A stretch of 64,000 nucleotides of DNA, taken from NCBI RefSeq assembly GCF_006345805.1, contig NC_043013.1, positions 31,124,001-31,188,000 of the forward strand, in the 5' to 3' direction. The notes under the pieces were generated by a model. That model did not search any database, had not been told where the DNA came from, and was given only the letters and a program-made list of their open reading frames with translations. Positions within the stretch are counted from its first letter, which is position 1; every line of letters begins with the position of its first letter. The translations under genes were made by a program, and so were the position numbers. The DNA comes from Octopus sinensis. Its lineage: Eukaryota. Below, in pieces: positions 25,873 through 40,876 of this stretch.

Positions 25873-27231
25873 CCACTCGAATTATTACCTTTCTCGTAGA
25901 AACATACCAGCAAAACAGACAGACTTCTGGGACATCAAGAATAATTATATATAATAATTTCCTCACCTTTGCATAGCGTTTTACTAGACGTTCACTGATT
26001 TTCCAAAAATCTTTATATTAATAGCGTTTAAATAACATGTTGATATGTTGCTCATCATCTTTTTTGAATATATTTTTTCCCAATATTTCAAAGAAGTATT
26101 TTTTCCAATAATGGTTTACAAAATATTTTTTTTTTCAGCATTTCTTTTTTTTTTCTTTGAGCTTTGTGTATATCACTAGATTACTTACATGCGAAGCAGT
26201 CATCAGACTATATCACTTCTTTAAATTTCTGAAAACATATTAGCCATTTAGTATTCATTTAAACAGGAAATGTTCAGCATTATAAGCTGAGCTATTTCGA
26301 CCAGCATACACTGTAATAATCCTTTCGGACCACTTATTTACATCTTTATTAATTTTTACCCTTCAATTTCAGAGCTATTTAATCAAACCATGCATGTTCA
26401 ATCACTACCTCTGTGGAAACGAAAATGACCGAAATATATTTATTCTCTTGTGAATTACAGTATAAATGTAGTAATATATCCAACTCTACAAGCCAATTAT
26501 ACAATACTGTTTTTTAAGTAGTGAATTTTCTTGTTAATATAAATAAGCTTATTCTAAGTATATATGCATATATAATCAATGAGGTCTGATTACCGATATC
26601 AAAGATATAAAACTTAATGAAGTATATATGTTTATATATATATGTGTGTATGTGTGCTTCAATGTATGCATATATGCTCGTGTGTGTGACTGTGTGAGCG
26701 TGTGCGTGTGGCTGTGTGTGTGTTTCTGTGTCTGTTTATGTGTTTCTGTGTCTTTGTGTCTGTGTGTCTGTGTGTCTGTGTATATGTGTGCGCGTGTGTG
26801 TTCGTGTGTGTGTGTATTCGTGTGTGTTTGTGTGTATGTGTGTGTATATGTGCGTTTGTGTGTGTTTGTGTGCATGTGTATGCTTTTATATTTCTGTATT
26901 CCCAAAGACACCTTATTATAACCTCGTTTATCATCGCCATAAGCATTTCATCTTTGTAAATATAAATCAGCATTCTTAATAGGAAAAAGTAAAGTTTTCT
27001 TTATGTATGTTTACTTAATACATAAAACATTTCCTATGCTTAGCACAACGCAAACCGGCACTTTACAGATTAGGAAAACTCACTTTAAATTAAATGAGTA
27101 TGCAGACAAATTTATTTTGTGACATTTATGTCTGGAACAAAGTGTGTGCGAGATTTCCTCTGTCCATTTTCCCCTCATCAACTGCATAGAAATTGTGTTT
27201 TCCTCCTTATCTAACCCAACGTGCATCTCAT

Positions 27232-27301
<70 letters not shown>

Positions 27302-30300
27302 TCTCCTAATTTAACCTGTTTTGACTGAGATAGAATTTCAGTAATTAATAACGAGATGTGAAAAGCAAAAATAAGCAAGTTAAGACCAATATCAGACTGT
27401 TACTTTTTAAAATTTGTTTCATTATGTAGCTAATGATCGGAGAAAGAAGCCAATTATTTCCTCTCAGAGGAACAGTTAATAAACTAGTAAACGGTCCGTT
27501 GGGAGACTCTATCAGTCAAGGAGACACATCCTTATTTCTTATTCCCGTATGTCAATACCATGGGAAGATCTCTTTTCAAAAATTATTTAAACCAAAATCA
27601 GACGAATTTTTAAATTGATTCATTAATATTGTCGAAGTTATAACAGATCGATATTACCTTTAATTTTCGCCAGAAAATAATACAAATTCTAGCGCAATAA
27701 TAATATTATAGTCTTAATATCACTTTAGCAGTATTATATTGCTTTTCTCCAGATAAAACAAGTTCTTATACAACCGGGTTCACTTTTCTTGTAAAACCAT
27801 TCAAATTTGCTATTTGATATTATAGCACAAGGTATTGTAACATCGTTATAGTATTGTCGATTTAAATGTACTAAACTTAGGCTCATGACCAACGATCATA
27901 CTTTTGACCTTCCATATCTAATTACATTTTTTTCTTCTTTTAATAACGAATTCTATTTTTCAGCCCTTTGGTATAACTATACAAATGGCATTAAAATATA
28001 AAAACCCAAATTTAGACCTTCAATCGCAAGGTCCTTGTTACTGTTATTTATATGAAGCTCCCTCGTACAATGTCTAATCTGATAAAGCGAGATGACAGCT
28101 ATATATACGAATAATTCCCAAACAAATTTACTTAGTATTCTGCAACGTATGAATAGAATATTATTGGGTAATATAGTGTATGAATGCACTTTGTTTTCAA
28201 GAAAGTTCACGACGTCAGTTTTAGAACACGTGTTAATAGATCTTCTGCGCCCGAATAACCTTGGAGTTGCTCTTTAAAAAGAAATACAATGTTTAGTTCA
28301 CTCAATATGTTAGATATATTCGCTGAATCACCTCGCAAACGTTATTGTTTTCATAAAGGTGACACCTTACAAAATAGCCAAGAAAACGATGGTGCTTTTA
28401 GCTTGGAACGCTTTTGAGTGTTACCTGATTTTAGAGAAACTGATAGAGTTATAGAAAATATTTAATCAGAAAAAGAACTTAATTTACCACGCAGTGATTT
28501 TTCCATCGCATTTTATCGAATAGAAATAGCAGTGGCAGGTTCTTAATTGAAATATTCGACAACGTTGCGCTTATCTTTTGTCAATGATATAATTGTCACA
28601 ACAGCCATGGGCTTAAGCAGCCAGTATGGACAAAAAAGAAAAACAACCTAAATCGTAAACGACATTAAAATTTGTGGGGCTTCAACATTGCGATTTATTT
28701 GTAATGTGATGTAAAATTAGATTTGTTTGTATAGCTTCTGCCATCAAACTAGCCTGAACTAATTTTCTAATCAGATAATTATTTCTTAGTTAACTGATTC
28801 CTAAATCGATTCTTATTTAATATTAGAGGATGAGCTAGAAGACTTCACGTTGAAAATGAAGTAATTTTCAATTAAAATAGCATTAGTGATAAGAAGAATG
28901 GTTTTTAATGTCCTAATACTGGACAGAAAAGTGTACGGATAATGCCAAAATTGTAATTATTTGAAATTTCGAACTTAATTACATATGAAGTGCAGCTGGA
29001 AAGAGCGTGTTAGCTTTAGCCATATGGTGATGGGTGTCCTTATGTTTCGAGCTTGTCTGATTTCATCAACGAAATGTAGTCAACGTCACTACTGTAACCG
29101 GTAGGAAAAATACTAACTCTCCATTTGCTTATCCTCACTGTATTAAACATTTACTTGGGAGAGACAGATGCATTAATGAAATCAATGTAATAAAGCAACG
29201 AAGAAAGACAAGACGACTCTGAAACATTATGATAGATTATATTGTTTATAATAGTCTTCTTACGGACAAGATATTTGATTGTAATGAATTGTGAAAGAAC
29301 AAAAAAATAGGATATTTGAAACAGTCGATAGAATAGAAACAAATACACTGAAAGATTGTAGCATGAGGCACATGGAGGTTCTGTTGAGAGGAAATGAACT
29401 GGTGTTTCTTTGTGAACATAGAATCACGAAGAGTACTGAATGAGACGAATAAAGTGAAGATAGAGGAACTTTTCAATGTTTCTAGTGAACGTCACAATAA
29501 ATGATTTCAAGTTTCAACACGAAGACGGTTAAAGATTGCTGAATGCTAGATTTAATGCTGCAGCTTGCACCATTATATCCTCTTTATATTATACCTGAAC
29601 CGACGAAGACTAGTGAATTGCTAGGATTGTTAAAATAAATTCATATGTGATATCTGTTATCTGTACTCTGAGTACAAATGGCTCCGAAGACAACATTGTC
29701 TTTCGTCATTTCGAGTTCAATGAAGAAAAGGACAATCATGTGCTGCGAGTAGTTCTTGTGGTTCTGTAATCGCCGCTTTACTTTCCTTCTTTCTCAGAAG
29801 AGTCACTGTCAGGCCGATTCAGCGGACGATTTGCGGTAAAGTTTCAAGTGGTAGTAAAGTACACAAACGCTTGCACCTTGATTGGCCAAGGGTCACCATT
29901 TGACAAAAGTAGTTCGCATGTTTAAGTCCGCATAAATAAAGAAATGAAACCGAGAGAATAAATATCGGGCTTAAGAATGCACAGAGGTCGATTAGTTCCG
30001 TTAAATTTCTTCAACACTGAGTTTCCACATGGCCACAGTCTAATGAGGGAAACAAGTAAAATACAAAACATAACAACACTTATTTATAAAGTTTTCAGTG
30101 ACTTTAACAGAGTGTTTCTAAGTCTTCCTTGGCATCTTGAATCTACCTATACATATGTATGTGTCTGTCTTTGTCCGTGTCTTTATGTGTGCACGCGCTC
30201 GCGTGTGCACGTGTGTATGTGTGTGTGTGTGTTTCATGTATCATGTGCAGAGCCTTGCTAAGGCACTGTATTGTTTTGTTGGAGACATCAAATAGGTCAT

Positions 30301-30538
30301 TGCGACGTTCACCAATGTGTTAAATCTAGTGTCTGCTAAAAGCGCTTCATATATAAATGGAAATGGCCGCACAGATATCTACATATATATATATATATAT
30401 GAACATATGTATATGTGAGTGTGTGTCTGTGCACATATTAGGTAGGAACGCACGTACACACACATATTTAAATATAAATATGTATACATGTCATTTTCCT
30501 TTTCTCTGTGTATACACACACACATATATATACATAAG

Positions 30539-30594
<56 letters not shown>

Positions 30595-30613
30595 GATATA
30601 TATATATATATTA

Positions 30614-30647
<34 letters not shown>

Positions 30648-31670
30648 CGTATATATACGTATATATATATATATATATATATACATATATATACATATAT
30701 ATACATATATATACATTATATATATATATATCAAGGAAGCAACTGAATACCTTTCGATCGATACAACCCGAGTACCCTACAGATTTTGGTCAATTTTAGT
30801 TGACTTGATCGTATCATATTCTAATTTACATTGCCAACTGGAGAACAGATGTATGATGGAACCTTTGCATTGCCTTTTTACAAATATAGCTTCCAATTAC
30901 TGGGTTCTTTAATTGATCCGTTAAGCATGGACAGAAGGAAAGTTTTTTCAACCTAAATCTCAATTTCATCCAAGTCTTTGAATAGTATCGGGGTAGAGAT
31001 ACGGCATAAGGAGAGATGCGGGCGCACTCTAGTCGCTCTTCTGTCTTTCTCTATGTACCCCACTAAAACATATACCGACGCCTTAATTTCATATACACGA
31101 AATTTGGAATAGCCATTCTGATATATAAATATTAATCCAGTTTTTTACATTAATTCATTCAATTTTAGTAGTATAAAACTTTAGCAATGTTTCCTATTTT
31201 CTACTAAGAGAATGCCTTTTCTTTTAATATTGCATCTTTGTTCATCAATATTTATAATATAACATTTTCAGCTAACGAAAATACAGTCAAGCGCCTAGTA
31301 TAACTTATCACTTAGAGACATTTATGCTTGCACGCACAAACATATGCACGTACATTCGGATTGTATACAAACCTAATAACATTAAGTGAGATCGTCCCTT
31401 GGACCTTGAACTTTTGTTGTTGTCTGTTAGTCATGTATATCATGAGGCCTGCAAATATGATCCACAGAGATCAGAACGTAAATGCAGCTGTCGATGGTCC
31501 AAATCCGATATGCAATCTATGCGGGTGATTTTTCAAAACATTATCTGTTTTTAAAAGTCACATATGAAGCCATAATGGATCTAAGGCCTTAGTACAAGAG
31601 GTGGTCAGTATCGGCATAAGGAGTAGACAACCGCCGTATATATGTGTGTGTGTTTATATATATATGTATA

Positions 31671-31718
<48 letters not shown>

Positions 31719-34606
31719 ATATATATATACATGTACCTATATACACATATGTGTGTGTGGGTGTGGTTGTGTGCGTACTTGAGTGTGTGTGCTTGCAAGC
31801 ATACATACATACATACACACACTCACAAATATATATACATATAAATATACATAAACATTTTTTCATTTACAATTTTGCTAACCGTTTTTAAATGATATCT
31901 AGGAAATGGAAGTACTGCATACACATTCAACTAGGGAATAGTGTTTAATATGATTTACCAACCATCAAAAACATGAGAAAACTACTAAGAATATTTAAAT
32001 AGATAAGCTATTCCTTTTTTTGCTCATAAGCATAACATGTCTATGTTCAAGACTGTATAAACACACGCACACACGCACACGCACAGACACACACACACAT
32101 ACATATATATACAGAAGGAAGAGAGAGACAAACAGACAGACATGTTTGTTGCAAGCTGCTTGCAAGAAAATTGCAAGCCCTGTATACGGGGTGCCAGAAA
32201 AGTTATGGGATCACTTAGAGAGAATGCGCACGATTTCGGGGCATCAGCCGCACCGGTCTCCTCACTGAAATGTGGCTTCGCTTGCTACATCAACTGGTTA
32301 CTAGGTCCCGCTCAATGTCCATTCTAGTCATTGTTCATTATCTCTTTTTAACCAAATCCAGTTGCCTGCATTCTCCACAGTAGTCTGGATATCTCTCATG
32401 ATGGTATTGTTATATGATGAGTCAGGTCTCATGATGCCTATCGCCTTAGTTATGTCTGAATATGCATATGCGTTTGTATTTGTGCTTGACAACCATCGTT
32501 CGTCTGTTTGCGTCTCTGTAACTTAGAGACCGACAGAATGATTACCAGGTTTAAAAAATAAGTTCTGGCGTGCATTCATTCGTCTAAACATTGATGGTGG
32601 TGCCCTACCACCGCAGCAGTCTCTCTCTCTATATATATATATATATTTATATATATTACATGTGTGTGTGTGTGTGTCCACGTTTATGTGTGTGCACGTG
32701 TATGTGTTTGCACGCGTATGCGTATGCAGGTGTATGTGCACGTGCGTGATTAAAGCATTGAGTTCGTTTGTACTCGTGATGGTTCACGGTATTTGAGATA
32801 TCTAAGGATCCATTTTGGTTTCTCTCATATTTTGCCTGAGCCACGCACACGAGCAAGAAACTTACAGTAGAAAACGTCCCGAATTGCTTGCTACCAGCTT
32901 CGTTCAAAGCAATAATACATTAGAATTTACACTAAGTACGTTTTCTGTCCGTCTGTTTGTCTGAATTTCTGTGTGTCGATTCTTACTCGAACTTGTATAC
33001 ATAAGCGCTTTCATACATACATACTCACCCGTATATAGTCGTGCTTCAGTGATTGTGTAGAGAGCATTATATAAATTGCTTAAGGTGATATAAGAGATTC
33101 AGATGGTAATTAGCGATGCTGTAGAAGCACTGAACAGCGGGTAAATGTTTTAAAAAATGTGTTTCAGTGAAACGATTGCTTTTTGTTCTTTTTGTACACA
33201 AAACCCACAGCAGCCATCTACATCGTTTACTAGTTTTCTTTCTAAACATAATTAGGTACCTCTGCCCTGTATGATATAAAATTTCATTGCATTTCCTTCC
33301 GCCATTTTTGACCCGAAACTCAGTACTTTGAATTTTATTAATGTTTTCTGCTTCAGTTGGTTATGCCATTACTGAATCCTGTAGCTATCCTGCTGTGAAA
33401 TCCCAGGGATGGCAACTGATTTCTTTTCTGATTAATGAAATGTAGTATGACTACAACTGAAACAGGATCGAATCAACATTACAACATTATGACATAGCTT
33501 TCACTCTATTCTAAGTGAAGTGACTGCAAATTTGTTGGAAAAAGCGCACAGACTTGGTTCCATCTATGTACCTTTTCTATGTTCGAATCAAAACTATCTT
33601 AGTTTATAATTCATCACGTTGACGTCGAAGAAATTTGCAGTCCTTTTATCACTGTGTGTATATGTATGTGTATATGTTTGTGTGCGTGTGCGTATGTATT
33701 TGTGTATTTGTGTGTGTGTGTGTGTGTGTGCGTGTGTGCGTGTGTGTGTGTGCCTTAAAGAAAGGAGTATGATACTTTAATGACAAATGTGTATAATACA
33801 TGAAGTTTGGTTTAGCGTTATGCTGCAGTAAGCTATAAATCGATAATATTAAAATGCAGGGTTAGAGAATGATTTAAATTAAGTATGGACTTCATTATGG
33901 CATATTTATACCTACGACGAGCCACAACTGCATATGGACAGTGGAGACTTCAATGGAATTCAGTCAGAAACTTAATGAAAGGTGAAATGAAAACCAGAAA
34001 ATTATCTAAATATGAGACATCATTTTATGATATCAATCATATTAGACTCTTCTACTTGGTTTATAGGAAACCTTACCAATGTGAAATATTGGTCACTAAT
34101 TGATATATTATACGTTAAGGAGAATAATGTAAATATAATACTCGTTAATTAGCAACAGTACATTTGGATTCTTTAATACATTTGGATTCTTTTTCAGTTA
34201 CATTTTATAAACGTACTTCAATGTTTTGTATTTATTTCTGTCTTGTACTTTCAATCTCTCTGAAGCGCAATAGTACCTTAAATCTCTTTTTAGCATTTAT
34301 CATGACATAAGAATTTTTTTTTTTATATTGAATGTATAGCGATGAAAGAAACCAACCCTGTTTCACGTTAATGGAAATTATGATTCAGATTTAATGGTGC
34401 AAGTGTTCTCCTAAACGGTAATGAGAAGGAGGCTAATTGTCCATCAAGGACGACAATCAGCGACTGAAAGAAAGAGAAATAATCGCCAACACTACGGCAG
34501 TCCGCAAATGTGTATCTGTGCGCCAACGTATATGTATGTTTCCTGTCTGTGTGTTTGCGTTTATGTGTGTGAATGTGCGAATCTATGTGTGCTCGAGTGT
34601 GTTGCA

Positions 34607-34630
34607 ATATATATATATATAATATATATA

Positions 34631-34673
<43 letters not shown>

Positions 34674-34686
34674 CATATATGTGTAT

Positions 34687-34730
<44 letters not shown>

Positions 34731-34732
34731 CA

Positions 34733-34785
<53 letters not shown>

Positions 34786-34928
34786 GTGTATATATATATA
34801 TGTATAATATATATATGTATATATATATATGTATATGTATAATATATATATGTATATATGTATATATATATATATGTATATAATATATATATATATGTAT
34901 GTATATATATATGTGTGTATATATGTGC

Positions 34929-34968
<40 letters not shown>

Positions 34969-35032
34969 CTATATAATATATATCTATATATATATATACA
35001 TATAAATATATGTATACATATATAATATATGT

Positions 35033-35070
<38 letters not shown>

Positions 35071-35390
35071 TATATGTATAATATATATATATGTGTGTAT
35101 ATATGTGCATATAAATATATATATATATGTATGTATATATATATATATGTATGTATATATATGTATATACATATATGTGTATATATATATATATATGACT
35201 ATATATGTATATATGTATGTATATATATATGTGTATATATATATATATGACTATATAATATATATATATATATGCATATATACAGATATATGTGTGTGTG
35301 AATGTGCGAATCTATGTGTGCTCGAGTGTGTTGCAATATATATATATATATATGCATATATACAGATATATGTGTGTGTGAATGTGCGTT
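34607..35390. repeat. ~800-bp compound (TA)n microsatellite with internal duplications
   Basis: gtgtgtgaatgtgcgaatctatgtgtgctcgagtgtgttgcaat occurs near 34565 and again near 35295; other internal units are also repeated. Confidence 0.93.
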
Positions 35391-38300
35391 TAAGTATATA
35401 TTTGCATGTATATAAATATTTATGTATGCGTGTCTGTTTGTATATTCACAGAGTGATACAATATATTAGGCTAATTTGGGTTCTGTCAGTATAATCTCGT
35501 GTAGCGACTTTTATGACAATAATTCAAAAGTGAAATTCTGATTTCATGATCTGTTATGTCTAGTTTGGGCTGGAGCCTGTATATACCGTGTTAATCACCA
35601 ATGAATATTAACGGAAATTTTATGGCTGATGTTTTCCAGACGACACTTAGCGGTTTGATATCGAGTCTTTAGTGTCTGTCTTCATTAATGTGAAACCGTG
35701 GAGAGCCATATCGGAGATCTGTGAGCTTGCATTAACAAAACAACTTATGCGTTGTACGTTTCCATACGTAGTGTTAGAATAAGTTTCAATTGTGATTTCA
35801 GTCCTAATCCCAGATACAGTTAAATGTGTGTCGAGAATAAAACTTTGCCTTTAACTTCCTTCACTTTACGTACATCGTTAGACTGGTAAATATTTGTAAC
35901 GTCGGTGGATTTGCCACTGCTATTAGTTACCCCCAAATTGTTCATCGTGTAATTTACATGTTTTTGCTCTACATCGTTATATTTATGATTTTAGAAACAT
36001 TTGGTCCAGTAAGTTCCATATGTATATTATTCTTCATTCTATAATTGTCCTCAAAATTTAGTATTCTATTTTTTCTGTAAACTAAATATATGTTTATGAA
36101 AAGTCGTGAATTGATAAGATGCTATGTGCTGATAATACTGCAACTAATTTTTCAACCGTTTGATGAAAGTTGAAGCTTCATATTTAATACTGAATTTCTC
36201 AGTCTATGTTTAATCATAGTTTAAAGAAACATCCTTTATAATTATAGATTAATCAACGTGACAGTTGCTGACGTAAACCTATGAAGAGATTATCTACATG
36301 CAATACACACCATTTCAATTTCTGGTTGTATGAATATAGAATCAGTTACTCCAGAGACGTGTTCATGTTTAAAGCCAGTTTTCTGTCAAGAGCTACATTT
36401 TTATATATTTCTTGTTGCTCTAACAAGAAAAGCGTTTAGTAATGCGAAATTATCATTTGATGGGAAAATTCCTTTGGTAAATGTCTAAATAGAGTACATA
36501 GATTTCGTTAAGCTACTGTGTGGGATATTGATATATTAAGTGAAATGTGTAATTAATTCATAATTTAATTATCTATTGGATTGAATTAATCGTATTCCGG
36601 AATAAAGACGATAGAAGCACCTGTTCCTTTTACTTCGAAATGCAATAACAATAGGAGTTTGTTAGTTGCGTTAAGTGTCATACAGCATCACCTGAAATTA
36701 AGTATGTAACTCGGAATATCTCACATATATGTAAAGTATCTAGAGAAGACCAAGTTAGACAAATAAACCAACTTATATCATAACCACAAGATATTAACTT
36801 CAGTATTACAAGCGAACAAACCTGCATTCAACTGTAAAATGTTCACTCTGATTTCATCATCCGAATTTGCCACGGCCTGGCGGCTGTTTCCACGAAGTTA
36901 GAATATTCCTGCGAATATTAAGTATTGATCCAATGCGTACAGCTCAAGAGTGATAATTGTTTCCTATTGTTAATTTCTCATGCGGAATATCGGTACTTTG
37001 TATCGAATCTAATATACATAGACATGCAGAGATATTGCCATAATAAAGCCTGAATATATTTTGTATCACATTGCTGCAAAGAATATAGCTTAGCTTGAAA
37101 ATTATAATACTTTTGAACCTAAGCATTCATCATACCGTAAATAAACATATTGCGCTGCAGTAGAAGGGAAAAAAGTATATACAATCAGTTTTCTCTATGT
37201 ACACGCAAAAGTTTTGTATTAGTTTATGTACAATATTACTATCTAATACGAGTATTGTTAGAAACTAGAAACTAGTGTATGCGTCCTGTAATTAAGCTAC
37301 TGATAAAAGGAGAAAAAAAGAAATGTCTGCTCTGGCAGAGATTGAAAGTAGAATTTAAAAGGATAAAAGGACGTAACAAAATCTCGCAAATTATTTAACA
37401 AACTGCCCTAAAGAATTTACCATCCATTACCATATGAAAGAAAAAAGAAAAAAATAGTTCATATAAGCACTGTTAGATTACACTTTGCTATTCTAAGATA
37501 TGATTTCATAATTCTCTGATGAGGGCTTGTTTGCTTTACCGGTCGTCTTTTGCATTAATCGAAAACACCTATATACTTGCGTTAATTCAAATCCCTATAA
37601 CTCAATATTTTCCCCCCCCATAACTCTATATTTGCTATTATTGGAAATTAATAGACATATTCATTAACTTGTTAAATATCATATCATTTATATATTATCT
37701 AACACTATCGATGCAAATGATCAGCATTTAGTGAAACGTGATATTTCCCTAGATCCATAACTCTAAAATACCTGTTATTTTTACGAGATATATTTTTAAA
37801 AGAACATATCAGGTATTCAGCAATGTTGCTATCTTATATCCTCACTAAGGTGTTTACGTTTTAACAATAAAACTACCAATACTTTCATGGACTGGCATTT
37901 CTGAAGCTAAATAACTATTCTCGAAACACTTCTCCTCCCCAATAAGAAAACAATGAGTAAATAATTAATCAAATATGTCTGTAATTTGAGAAATATTAGG
38001 CGGCCAAATCAAATGACCAAGTGCGGCCGACTGCTTTCAGTCATAGTCAATTAGTTTCCAGCAGTTCATTATTTTCTATTATATTACTGCAAGCATTGAC
38101 CTGTGAATAAAATCGGAAACCTTCTGAGGGAGATATTTGACTTTTACTCCTCTAACTGTTTTCCCTAAATTCGTTAGGTGGTCTTAAACGTATCGGCTGA
38201 GAACCACTCTTCAGGTAAAGACTTCAGTATTAAAATGCCATGGGATTCATCGTGATTTGCAAAGATTTACCTTGGCGTTGTGAGTTATTTTTTCCGTTCT

Positions 38301-38749
38301 GAAGTAAATTCAGATACATTTCTCTTATAATACAAAGGATATGTTCTGTATCCTATATCGCTCAACCGTGAAACGTACTATTCTTTAGGGATAGTCATAA
38401 CCTTTGACAAAAACATCTCTTCACAACCTTACACACACGTGCACGCGCTCACAGACACGCGAAGAAAACAAGGCCCGTAAACAATTCACTCACAAAATTC
38501 TGAAGAAATAAATGACACACCAACCAAGGATTCGAACAAAATACAAATACCAGATCACAACGTATAAACCAAAGAAACGGCTAATCAATAAAAGCAAAAA
38601 AAGCAAATTAAATGACAAGCACAGGGCCACTCACAGAAACAGACACGCACTCTTGCATACATACACATCCTCACACACTCACATACGCGTGGGGACTCAC
38701 ACGCACACACGCGCATGCACCTACCGTTAAAAACACAGCACGAATAACG

Positions 38750-39840
38750 AATTCCGACAGTTCTCACTTAAATATTGCAGCGGCGTGACATATGTCCTTC
38801 AGGTTGTATTAATGGGCGAATGGCTTTCCCTGCATGTAGAGACACAACTCAACATAGACCACAAAAACTGTGATTCAATGTCCCATTGGTGTGCCCGACC
38901 TCCAGTTCCAGCTTCAGTAGACTCCGATGTGCGCTGTTGTCCTCAATGTTTCAAACCTAGATTTTGGCGGATGCTATAAACTGATGGGTAAAACACTTAG
39001 ATATGACAATCAGATATGCCGATTGCCTGATCAGTTGCTGGAGATGTGTGTAGTTGCATATTGTGCTCCTGAATTTGGATCGTGTTCAGATTCTTGTTTG
39101 GTTTCTTCCTCCTGATAGCTTCTCTAATGTTTCAATGTAATCATTGCTCTTCATAGTACTCATGGAAAATTAAACCCTTGTCAATCTCAAAAGAAAATTA
39201 CCATGTCATTTTTGCACCAACCAGTGGATCTCGAAATCTTTCACCTTTGGCGAATGAGGGTGACGCAATCCCTTCGTTTCAGGATAACGTAGACATGACC
39301 ACCAATCTATTTTATATCCCAATATCGGAAAGAGCACGGTGTCTTCATTGGTTTCAGGCACTTCTAGTAGATTGTAGATGATTACCACCTTTCTCGCCTT
39401 CAAGTCTGTTGTAACATTGGTTGAGGTACCCAATTTGTACACACCGTCTTATACTGAATGTGTTCCTCTACTTTCTGTAATGCGTTGTTACCAACGTCAG
39501 GTCCTGCAGCAAGGTCATAGAATATAACTCATCTGTCCTCTTGATGGCAGTTCCTCTCATTGGTTGCTAAATTTCTTCATTTATCTGTGCACATTGCTCT
39601 TGTGAAGAATATTATCTCTATAATAGTAGAGAAGCTTTCTGCGGTTGTGGAATAACCCGTGTATCACTCCAACTTCGTCAAGAACTCAATGATGGTATGC
39701 TTGTTCTGCATGGAACCCTTCATCTGCTGACAACGAAGAAGTAAGAAAGATTAGTTACTAAACAGGAAGTAATATTCGATCAAACATGCAATTTCAGTGA
39801 CCTACGCCGGTTAATAATTAATTAGACCTACTTTTGTATT
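38750..39840 (-). mobile_element. Decayed mariner transposase relic
   Basis: Ordered minus-strand motifs: MQNKHTIIEFLTK, QYKTVCTNWVP, YPETKG..RHPHSPKVK, MVIFF*D, AIRRKKPNKNLNTIQIQEHNMQLHTSPAT (HDNARPHT-like). Many stops; boundaries approximate. Confidence 0.72.
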
Positions 39841-40357
39841 ACTTTCAGTAAAACTCACGTATTTGAGCAGACGAATGATCGTTAACAAATTAGCTCATCT
39901 CCAATTCTCAACTCAGCTCGTATATAAAATGGCACCAGAAATATAATGAACCTGATTAGAGCAAAAATATCAATAACCAGCTAAAACCTCTGACCTCCTA
40001 TCAATAACGTTACACCCAAAAAACTATATGGAGAGCAGCGTGAAATACGTCCAGGAAGATACAAATTTATTGATACATGCTAATATTCGTTTATGCCTGT
40101 GGTCATTTCCGTCTCCATATCATAAATTCTAATAAATTTCACGTATTTGCTTTTATTTATTATTGAAGAAACAAAACTATCAGTGGAATATTCCATACAC
40201 ATTTCATATTGCTTCAAGGAATTTTGTAACTTTAATTACTTGCCATATGTTATTTTCAAATGATTCGTACTTGTTGAAAAGATGCTGTTTAATATCTGGG
40301 TAACACGTTCGCTTTTATATCTTTTCTCTCCACCTAATGAAGCGCTTATATATATAC

Positions 40358-40410
<53 letters not shown>

Positions 40411-40432
40411 ATATATTATATATATATATATG

Positions 40433-40830
40433 TAGGCGTGGCTGTGTAGTATGAAACTTCCTTCCCAGGCACATGGTTCCAGATTCAGTTCCGCTGCATG
40501 GCACCTAGGGCCGACCAAAGCCTTATGTGTAGATTTGGTAGTCCGAAACTGGAAGAAACCCGTCGTATATATATATATGAATGCATGTATGCATGTATGT
40601 ATACATTCATGTATGTTTGCGTTTTTCGCCTCCTCTCCATCATCATTTGACAGCGATCCTGTTTATGTCCCTGTAACTTAGTGTTTCAGATTGGCAAAAA
40701 AACGATAGAATAAGTAATAGGCTCACAAAGAATATGTCGTGGGGTCGATTTCTTCGACTAAAACACTTTAAGGCGATGCTCCAGCATGGCCACACTCAAA
40801 TGACTGAAAAAAATAAAGGAATAAAAGAAT
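40433..40830 (+). mobile_element. SINE family A, diverged full-length copy
   Basis: ggcgtggctgtgtagta...ttcagttccgctgc...ggcgatgctccagcatggccacactcaaatgactgaa. Confidence 0.82.
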
Positions 40831-40845
40831 ATACATATACATGCA

Positions 40846-40876
<31 letters not shown>

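Noticed and set aside
29780-29930. Slightly GC-richer patch with a reverse CCAAT box (gattggcc)
   Set aside because: A single short motif with no linked gene or start site; expected by chance.
37516-37572. CTGATGAG...GAAA hammerhead-like string
   Set aside because: Stems I, II and III do not pair convincingly.
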